DNA of 64,000 nt from Planctomycetota bacterium (GTDB lineage: Bacteria; Planctomycetota; B15-G4; SIAN01), in assembly GCA_031409275.1 (NCBI GenBank), contig JANNXA010000022.1, forward strand, positions 128,001 to 192,000, written 5' to 3'. Under the pieces are notes generated by a model. That model did not search any database, was not told the DNA's origin, and worked only from the letters and a program-made list of their open reading frames with translations. Of the stretch, positions 57,116 through 64,000 are shown one piece after another (within the stretch, counting starts at the first letter, position 1; every line of letters starts with the position of its first letter). The translations under genes were made by a program, and so were the position numbers.

Positions 57116-59302
57116 TCAGCGGCCGTCGCGGCGAGGGACGCGCCGCTCGTACTCCGGCAGTTCGAGCAGCTTGGGATCGAGTGCCTTGAGCGCGACGTCG
57201 AGCAACTGCGCCGACTCCGCTGGCCCTCGCTGCTGGAGACGCGCCAGCACCATCTTCGCGGTGTCGACGGGAGAGAGGTTCAATCCGTCGAGCGTTGCAG
57301 CGGATGCCGGCGCACGCGTGAAGCAGGCGATCAGCTCAGTCACGGCGGTTGCGTCGTCGTCGCGCTCGAAGGCGATGCGCGCGCGGCCCGCCATGGCGAG
57401 CGCGATGAAATGGTCCGCGGCGCCACGCTCGTCCGGCAGCCGCGCGATCGCCGCTTCGTACCACTCGATCGCCTGCGTGTAGGAGGCGAGCGCGGCCTCG
57501 GCGTCGCCGGCGCGGCGCTCGAACTCGGCGGCCACCATCGCGCCATAACCCGCGAACGAATTCAGCGCCGCCGAAGGCTCTTCGCGCGCGAGCCATTCGC
57601 GGTAGGTCGCCACGATTCCGGCCGGACCGCGCTCGTCGAGCGCGCGCGCCCGCAGCCGTGCGTGGAGCAGATCGGAATCGGGGAAACGGGCCAGTCCTTG
57701 GCGGAGGAAGTTCTGCGCCGGCTGCTTGGCGCCGAGCCACTGCAGCACGTCGTAGTGGCCCGCGATGAGATCGTCCCGGCCCAGCGGATGGCGCGCCATC
57801 GCGGAGTAGGCCGCATTCAGCTCGGCGAGCCAGGCGGGCGGCCATGGCGTCTTCTGACGCAGCGCCTCGCCCAACGCCTGTTCCCGCGAACGCGCGAACA
57901 GCTCGAGCACCGCGAGCGCTTCCGGACGGCTCGGATCGTCGGGAGCGCCCGCGACGATCGCGGCGACCGCGTGCTGACGTGCGTCGGTTTCATCTCCGAG
58001 TTCGCGTGCGGTGACGGCGAGCGTCGTCTCGACCCGATGACCGTGGGCGCCGAGCTCGGCGGCTCGACGCACCGTGCGCTGCGCGTCGGCGAGCACGAGC
58101 TTCGCGAAGCGATCGTCCTCGGTTCGCGTCGCGAGGTCGACCATCGCTTCGCCGAGCTCCAGAAGCGCCGTGGCGTCGCGCCCGACGAGGAGCGCGTCCT
58201 GATCGGTGAGCCGCTGCTGCCAGAGCTGCGCGCGCGCCGCGACCGCGGCGGGATCGGGGGGCAGTGTCCACGCCGCGAGGTCGATCAACGTGGTCGCGGT
58301 CGCGAGCCCCTGATGGACGACGGAGAGCGTGCGCGCGCGGGACGAGCTGGCGCCCAACCGATCGAGCGCCCCCACCAGCGCCGTGCGCTGTGCCGCGTCA
58401 ATGGGGCCCGACAACGCCTCGGCGATCAACGGCACCGCTTCAGGCGCGGTGCTGCGGGCGAGCCCGTCACGAGCCTGCGACGCCAGCGACTGGTCGAACG
58501 AATGGAGCGCGAGCCGCAGCAATTCGACCGGCGCTGCGGCCGGATCGGCGAGCGCCGCCGCGAGCAGCGCCTGGCGCGCCTTCGCGTCGCCCTTCTGCCA
58601 CGAGCTCTCCACGGCCACACGATCGGCCTGATCGCGGCTGGTCACGCGCTCGACGAGCGACCGGTCGCCGCGCACGATCGGTCGCGGCGGCGGACGCTTG
58701 ACGATCGTGGTCGCGATCTGGTCGAGCACCGACTGCACGTCCCACGCGTAGAAGACGTCGTGGAGCTCCGTGCCGTCGACCTCGACCGCGACATGACGCG
58801 GCGCGACGCGCTGCCCTTCGAAGAACTTCTCGAACAGGAACGGCTCGATCGCGATGTGCTCGCCGCAAGTCACGCTGCCGAAGCGCGGACAGAGGATGCG
58901 CTGGCCGGACTCGTCGTAGTCGCGCGGCGTGTGGCGGTAGGTGGAGGCGATGACGCAGACGTAGGGCTCGTAGAGCTTCGCCGCGTCGGGAATTCGGTAG
59001 CGGATGCCGGCGTAGTGCTCGCTGGCGATCTCTCCGTCCATGTTGACGCAGATCAAGATCGGCTTGCCGCTCTCCTTGGCGACCGCCAACGCGTCCTCCC
59101 AGGTGCGCTGGAACGCGATCAGGCACGGCCGCTTCCAATCTTCCGCCGACGGGGCGGGCCAGGTCTGCTCGCGGCTCTGGCCATTGGCCGGCGGCGGCGT
59201 CGCCTGCGCGCGGAGCGGAGAGCCGAGGGCCAGCGACAGCGCGAACGCGAGCGCGATCACAGCCGTGCGACGGAACGAGCGGACAGCGGGCGATGCAGCC
59301 AT
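57116..59302 (-). CDS. Secreted hypothetical protein: thioredoxin-like N-terminus plus HEAT/TPR-like helical repeats
   Basis: Signal peptide; WEDALAVAKESGKPILICVN (Thioredoxin_7-like start); Ala/Leu-rich helical remainder; coding-like GC3 pattern. Confidence 0.7.
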   Translation of the reverse strand: MAASPAVRSFRRTAVIALAFALSLALGSPLRAQATPPPANGQSREQTWPAPSAEDWKRPCLIAFQRTWEDALAVAKESGKPILICVNMDGEIASEHYAGIRYRIPDAAKLYEPYVCVIASTYRHTPRDYDESGQRILCPRFGSVTCGEHIAIEPFLFEKFFEGQRVAPRHVAVEVDGTELHDVFYAWDVQSVLDQIATTIVKRPPPRPIVRGDRSLVERVTSRDQADRVAVESSWQKGDAKARQALLAAALADPAAAPVELLRLALHSFDQSLASQARDGLARSTAPEAVPLIAEALSGPIDAAQRTALVGALDRLGASSSRARTLSVVHQGLATATTLIDLAAWTLPPDPAAVAARAQLWQQRLTDQDALLVGRDATALLELGEAMVDLATRTEDDRFAKLVLADAQRTVRRAAELGAHGHRVETTLAVTARELGDETDARQHAVAAIVAGAPDDPSRPEALAVLELFARSREQALGEALRQKTPWPPAWLAELNAAYSAMARHPLGRDDLIAGHYDVLQWLGAKQPAQNFLRQGLARFPDSDLLHARLRARALDERGPAGIVATYREWLAREEPSAALNSFAGYGAMVAAEFERRAGDAEAALASYTQAIEWYEAAIARLPDERGAADHFIALAMAGRARIAFERDDDATAVTELIACFTRAPASAATLDGLNLSPVDTAKMVLARLQQRGPAESAQLLDVALKALDPKLLELPEYERRVPRRDGR

Positions 59303-59430
59303 GGCGAACTCTTCGGGGTGTTCGTGGCGGTGGAGCGAAGCACGGCAGAACCATAGCGCGGCGAGCTCATCGGTCGGGTGCGAGCGGGGGCCGCTATCCT
59401 GCCCCGCTTCCCGTTTCGGAGCCTGTTGCC

Positions 59431-60420
59431 GTGAGCGCCACCGCCCCACTCGTCGAGCGCCTCGCACCACTGCGCGTCGTCTTCGACGACGTCCTGCGCG
59501 AGGTCGGCGGCGTCATCGTCGGTCAGCAATCGCTGCTCCAGAAGATGGTCATCGGTCTGCTCGCCGATGGCCATGTCCTGCTCGAGGGGGTCCCCGGCCT
59601 CGCCAAGTCGCTCGCCGTGCAGACGCTCGCGCAGGCGCTCGGCGGCACCTTCCGGCGCATCCAGTTCACCCCCGACCTCTTGCCCGCCGACCTGCTCGGC
59701 ACGCAGATCTTCCAGCCGAAGAGCGGCGAGTGGCTGGTGCGCGAGGGGCCGATCTTCGGCCACTTCGTGCTGGCCGACGAAATCAACCGAGCGCCGGCCA
59801 AGGTGCAGTCGGCGCTGCTCGAAGCGATGCAGGAACGGCAGGTGACGCTCGCCGGTGAGACGCGTCCGTTGCCGGAACCGTTCCTGGTGCTCGCCACGCA
59901 GAACCCGGTCGAGCATGAGGGCACCTACTCGCTGCCCGAGGCGCAAGTCGATCGCTTCATGCTGAAGCTGGTGCTCGACTACCCGAGCAAGGACGAAGAG
60001 GTCGCCATCGTTGATCGCATGGCGCGCACCGGCAAGAAGCCCGCGGCGCGTGCCGTGACGAATCCGCAGGCCGTCCTCGAGGCGCGTGCGCTGCTGGATG
60101 AGATCCACCTCGAACCGCGCCTGGCGCGCTACCTCGTCGACCTGGTCGGCGCCACGCGCCGGCCCGACACCGTGGGCCTCGCCGCGCTCGCCAAGCTCGT
60201 TGCCTATGGCGCTTCGCCGCGCGCGACGGTGGCGCTGGCGCAAGCTTCGCGAGCGCACGCGTTCCTCGCCGGCCGCGACCACGTGACGCCGCACGACGTG
60301 AAGTCGCTCGCGCTCGACGTCCTGCGCCATCGGATCAGCCTTCACTTCGAGGCGGCGGCGGAAGGGGTGACTGCCGAGCAGGTCGTCGTCGCCGTCCTCG
60401 CCCGCGTCCCCGTCCCGTAG
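59431..60420 (+). CDS. moxR: MoxR family AAA+ ATPase (Bat-type locus)
   Basis: GGAG RBS plus GTG; GHVLLEGVPGLAKS, RIQFTPDLLPAD, LADEINRAPAKVQSALLEAMQE, LPEAQVDRF and GASPRA. Confidence 0.95.
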   Translation: MSATAPLVERLAPLRVVFDDVLREVGGVIVGQQSLLQKMVIGLLADGHVLLEGVPGLAKSLAVQTLAQALGGTFRRIQFTPDLLPADLLGTQIFQPKSGEWLVREGPIFGHFVLADEINRAPAKVQSALLEAMQERQVTLAGETRPLPEPFLVLATQNPVEHEGTYSLPEAQVDRFMLKLVLDYPSKDEEVAIVDRMARTGKKPAARAVTNPQAVLEARALLDEIHLEPRLARYLVDLVGATRRPDTVGLAALAKLVAYGASPRATVALAQASRAHAFLAGRDHVTPHDVKSLALDVLRHRISLHFEAAAEGVTAEQVVVAVLARVPVP

Positions 60421-60428
60421 TGCACCTG

Positions 60429-61352
60429 ATGGCGATCCAGAGCGCCCCGCCGGATGACGCCGAGCTCGCGCGGCTGTTGCGCGAGGTGCAGCGCATCGAA
60501 GCGGAAAGCGGTCGCGTGGTGGCGAGCCTGATGTCGGGCGCGTGGGCGTCGCGCTTCCGTGGCCAAGGGCTCGAGTTCGAGGAGGTGCGCGAGTACATCG
60601 CCGGAGATGATCCGCGCGCGGTCGACTGGAACGTGACGGCGCGCTACGGACGGCCGTTCGTGAAGCAGTTCGTCGACGAGCGCGAGCGGACGCTCCTCTT
60701 CCTGCTCGACCGATCGGCCTCGATGGAAGGCAGCACGTGGGCCGGGCGGCCGCGCGTGGCAGCGGCTCGCGTCGTCGCCAGTCTCGCGCTCGCGGCCTGC
60801 GCCAACCACGATCGAAGCGGATTGCTGGCGTTTGGCGCTCGGGTCGATGCCGTCGTGCGCCCGCAAAGTGGTCGCGCGGCCGCGCTGCGGCTGGTGCGTG
60901 ACACGCTGGCCTTGCCCGCCGAGCGTGGCGCCGCGGCACTGCCGTCGGCGCTCGCGCTCGCCACGGCACGCTTCCGGCCGGGCGCGATCGTCGTGCTCTT
61001 GTCGGATTTCGCGGACGAGGGCTGGCGCGATGCCGCCGCGCGCTGCTCGCAGCGCCACGACGTGGTCGCCGTGCGTCTCGCCGCCGATGAGTTGCCGCCG
61101 GCCGCCGCGGGTCTCGTCGAGCTTTGCGATCCCGAGTCCGGCCGGCGTGAAGTCGTCGACTGCGCGAGTGCGCGAGTGCGAGCCGCGGCGCAGTCGCGCT
61201 CGCTGGCCGCCCGCGAGCAGTGGCACGCGTTGGCGCGGCAGGCGGGCGTCGATCGACTCGAACTGCCGGTCGCGCCAGGCACGGCGCACGCGCTCTCGGC
61301 ACGGCTGTACGGCTTCTTCATGGGGCGCTCGGTGCGGACCTCTCGGCGATGA
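60429..61352 (+). CDS. DUF58 domain protein
   Basis: FRGQGLEFEEVREYIAGDDPRAVDWNVTAR, LLDRSASM and LSDF. Confidence 0.93.
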   Translation: MAIQSAPPDDAELARLLREVQRIEAESGRVVASLMSGAWASRFRGQGLEFEEVREYIAGDDPRAVDWNVTARYGRPFVKQFVDERERTLLFLLDRSASMEGSTWAGRPRVAAARVVASLALAACANHDRSGLLAFGARVDAVVRPQSGRAAALRLVRDTLALPAERGAAALPSALALATARFRPGAIVVLLSDFADEGWRDAAARCSQRHDVVAVRLAADELPPAAAGLVELCDPESGRREVVDCASARVRAAAQSRSLAAREQWHALARQAGVDRLELPVAPGTAHALSARLYGFFMGRSVRTSRR

Positions 61353-62257
61353 GCCCCGCGGCCCTGCTACTCGCTCTCGCGGTGCTGGCGCGCGTGCAGG
61401 GCGAGGTCGCGATCGTGGTCGAAGTGCCGGCGCAACCCGTTGCGCCGGGCGCACCGTTCGAGATCAGCGTGCATCGCGACTGGGATGCGGCGCTCGTCCC
61501 GGCTCCGTTCGAGGAAGGCGCGCTCACCGGCAACGGGCTGGTGGTGCAGCTCCAGGAGGTGATCCGCGGCGGCAGCTCGCTGCGCGTCGAGGAGCACCGT
61601 CGCTATGTCGCGCAGGCGCATTCGCGGCGTCAGATCGCGCTCGATTCGGTGGTCGCGCGCGCCACGAGCAGCGATGGCCGAGTCTCATTCGAGGCGACGG
61701 CGCTGCCGCGAGTGATCGCTCTTGCCCCGACGCTGGCGGCGGACGACGCGTCGCCGCTCGAGTGGCCGGCCGATTTCGCGACTCCGGCCGCGCGCGCGCG
61801 ACGCGACGACTTCCCGAGCCTCGGCTCCTGGATCGTCGCAGCGCTCGCACTCCTCGCGACGCTCGTGGCCTGGTTGGCAGCGCGCGGCCGCGGTGCGGCA
61901 GCGCCGATGGCGGCGGCGCCGATGGCGCGGGGTCGACTCGCGGCCCTGGCGCTCGCGGAAGAGCCGACCCGCGGCGGCGCCGCTCGCCGCGAACTCTGCG
62001 CCGCAATCGCCGACGTGGTTCGCGCCACCCTCGAAGAGGAGCGAGCGATCCCCGCCTCGAGGCGGACGCGCGAAGAGGTGATCGACCTCGCACGATCGGC
62101 CGCGCTGCCGTCCGCAGCGCAGCGCGTCCTCTCGGAGCTGCTCGAACGCGCCGACGCCGCCAAGTTCAAGGCCGCGGCGCCGAGCGAGCCGGAGCGCCTC
62201 GCACTGATCGAACTGGCGCAGCGCTTCCTCGGGCTGCTGCCCGCGGAGCGTCCATGA
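61349..62257 (+). CDS. Membrane-anchored hypothetical protein of the Bat locus (BatD/DUF4381-like)
   Basis: Signal peptide, one TM helix, C-terminal TREE...ADAAKF. ATGA overlaps at both ends. Confidence 0.7.
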   Translation: MSPAALLLALAVLARVQGEVAIVVEVPAQPVAPGAPFEISVHRDWDAALVPAPFEEGALTGNGLVVQLQEVIRGGSSLRVEEHRRYVAQAHSRRQIALDSVVARATSSDGRVSFEATALPRVIALAPTLAADDASPLEWPADFATPAARARRDDFPSLGSWIVAALALLATLVAWLAARGRGAAAPMAAAPMARGRLAALALAEEPTRGGAARRELCAAIADVVRATLEEERAIPASRRTREEVIDLARSAALPSAAQRVLSELLERADAAKFKAAAPSEPERLALIELAQRFLGLLPAERP

Positions 62258-63231
62258 GCGGCCTCTTCCCGCCGTGGAGCGAGCTGCAGTTCGCGACGCC
62301 GCACGCCGCGTGGCTGCTGCTGCTCGTGGCCGCGCTCTCCTTGCAAGGCGTGGTGAGCCGCCCCACCGCGCTGCCGCGCGCAGCTCCCGCTCTCGTGAAT
62401 GCGATCGCCTTGCCGGGCTCGTGGCGTCGACGTTGCGCCGCGCTGCTGCCATCGCTGAGGTGCGCGGCCTGGCTCCTGCTGGTCCTCGCCGCGATGCGGC
62501 CGGTGCGGCGCGTGGCGCTGCCGCAGTCGATCGAAGGGATCGACATCGTGGTGGCGCTCGATCTCTCGTCGTCGATGGCCGCAGAAGACCTGGCGCCGGG
62601 TGAAACGCGCCTGGCAGTGGCGAAGCGGGCACTCGACGACTTTCTGCGGCGACGACCGGAGGATCGCATCGCTTTGCTCTCGTTCGCGCGCTGGCCTGAC
62701 CTGCTGGTGCCGTTGACCCGCGACCATGCAGCGCTGCGCGCGAAGCTGGAGGCGTTGACGCTCGTCGAGCCGGATGGAGCGGAGGACGCGACCGGAATCG
62801 GGACCGCGCTCGCGCGCGCGCTGCAGTTGCTCGAGAAATCGGCGGCGCGCTCGAAGGTGATCGTGCTGCTGACCGACGGCGTCGAGAACGTGGCGACGGC
62901 GCAGACCCCCGACGAGATCGCTCCGCTGCATGCGGCGCAGCGAGCGGCGCAGTCGGGCGTGCGCATCGACCCGATCGTCGTCGGCCGTGGTGACACCGAT
63001 ACGCGCGAGGTCGAGGCGGTCGCTTCGCGCACCGGCGGGACCTGCTTCACCGCGCGCGATGCCGCGGCGGTCGCAGCCGTCTGCGCCCAGATCGATGGAC
63101 TCGAGCGCACGCGGCTCGAAGCTCCGCGCTGGCACGTCGAGGAGTGGTTCGCTCCGTTCGTGGCGGTCGCATTGGCGCTGCTGCTGGCCGCTCGCGCGAT
63201 GGCGGCGTCGGGTCTCGAGGTGTTGCGATGA
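62254..63231 (+). CDS. batA: VWA domain protein, BatA-like
   Basis: N-terminal FATPHAAWLL; EGIDIVVALDLSSSM (MIDAS DxSxS), DRIAL, TGIGTAL and VIVLLTDG. Confidence 0.88.
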   Translation: MSGLFPPWSELQFATPHAAWLLLLVAALSLQGVVSRPTALPRAAPALVNAIALPGSWRRRCAALLPSLRCAAWLLLVLAAMRPVRRVALPQSIEGIDIVVALDLSSSMAAEDLAPGETRLAVAKRALDDFLRRRPEDRIALLSFARWPDLLVPLTRDHAALRAKLEALTLVEPDGAEDATGIGTALARALQLLEKSAARSKVIVLLTDGVENVATAQTPDEIAPLHAAQRAAQSGVRIDPIVVGRGDTDTREVEAVASRTGGTCFTARDAAAVAAVCAQIDGLERTRLEAPRWHVEEWFAPFVAVALALLLAARAMAASGLEVLR

Positions 63232-64000
63232 GCGCGAGCGAGCTGCTGCTTTCGCCCCAATCGTGGCCACTGCCGCTGGCGGTCGGAGTGGTCGGCTGGC
63301 TGCTCGAAGTGGCGGAGCGCCGGCGCGAAGCGCGTCGGTGCGCGGCGCTCGGCGAAGCGCCTCCCACGCGACGTCGCGGCCTCGCCACGCTGGCGATGGT
63401 GCTGGCGGCGTCGGCGTTCCTCGAACCCGCCCGCGGTCAGGGCGAAGCTCCCCTATCGGCGCGTCCCGACCTCGTCGTCTGCCTCGATGTTTCGCGATCG
63501 ATGCTGGCGACGGACGCCTCCCCGAGCCGGCTCGCGGCGGCCCAGGCCGCATTGGTGAAGATGGCGACAGCGGGGCAAGGCGAGCGCCTGGCGCTGGTCC
63601 TTTTCGCGGGGGTGGCGCAGCTGGCCGTACCGCTCACCGACGATGCCGCTGCATTCGCCGAGCAGGTGGAGGTGGCGAGCCCCGATCGGGTCGCGCGCGG
63701 CGGCAGCGACCTCGCGGCCGCGATCGACGTCGCGCTCGTGGCGCTGCGCGCCGCGGAGTCGCGCGGCGGCGCGATCGTGCTGCTCACCGATGGCGAGGAT
63801 CTCTCGCGCGCGGTCGCCGTCGCCGACGCCGCGCAACGCTGTCGCGAACGCGGAGTGGTCCTCCATGCGGTCGGTTTTGGTTCGCCTGAAGGGCGCAAGA
63901 TCGCGCTGCCCACTGCGCAAGGAGAGCGCTTCCTCGTTGACCGCGAGGGACGCGAAGTGATCTCGCGGCTCGATGAGCCGGGGCTGGCGTGGCTCGCGGA
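63228..64000 (+). CDS. batB: VWA domain protein, BatB-like (3'-truncated by the window edge)
   Basis: Read manually from ATG 63228 (ATGA overlap): DLVVCLDVSRSMLATDASPSRL, LVLFAG, PLTDD, GSDLAAAI, LLTDGED and VGFGSPEG. No stop before the window end. Confidence 0.85.
   Translation, partial: MSASELLLSPQSWPLPLAVGVVGWLLEVAERRREARRCAALGEAPPTRRRGLATLAMVLAASAFLEPARGQGEAPLSARPDLVVCLDVSRSMLATDASPSRLAAAQAALVKMATAGQGERLALVLFAGVAQLAVPLTDDAAAFAEQVEVASPDRVARGGSDLAAAIDVALVALRAAESRGGAIVLLTDGEDLSRAVAVADAAQRCRERGVVLHAVGFGSPEGRKIALPTAQGERFLVDREGREVISRLDEPGLAWLA

Noticed and set aside
60832..62253. Apparent long N-terminal extension of the BatA ORF (799 aa)
   Set aside because: It overlaps two better-supported genes in other frames. 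The real start is ATG 62254, which overlaps the upstream stop.

Overview
A gene-dense, very GC-rich (roughly 70% by eye) bacterial chromosome segment, probably from an uncultured Planctomycetota-like organism, as inferred from the DUF1549/DUF1553 + DUF1501 pair, sulfatase-like genes and ECF sigma factor. I see about 50 protein-coding genes, often translationally coupled through ATGA/GTGA/TTGA overlaps, and no rRNA, tRNA, CRISPR array, integrase or transposase. Contents in order: the end of a probable poly(A) polymerase gene; an amidohydrolase pair; a MoxR-DUF58-transglutaminase-like operon; fdhD; fbaB; an M1 peptidase; a pseudokinase-FGE/lipoprotein cluster; a long minus-strand run (PLP decarboxylase, aminopeptidase P, DAACS symporter, MoaD/ThiS, BNR propeller, AlkA-like glycosylase, TrmJ, GLT1D1/SenB-like glycosyltransferase); DPP IV; an FpvCDE-like metal ABC importer; an ECF sigma with a Cys-rich tail upstream of a persulfide dioxygenase-rhodanese fusion and TauE; a MacAB-like exporter; an aryl sulfotransferase; a ChaN fusion; and a second MoxR/Bat locus running off the right edge. 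Best novelty candidates are the putative persulfide-sensing one-component ECF module, the MoaD+BNR pair lacking an E1 enzyme nearby, the penta-His FpvC-like importer without siderophore genes, and several apparent pseudo-enzymes. All family calls come from motif recognition by eye, not database searches, and start codons were chosen from RBS and overlap logic.
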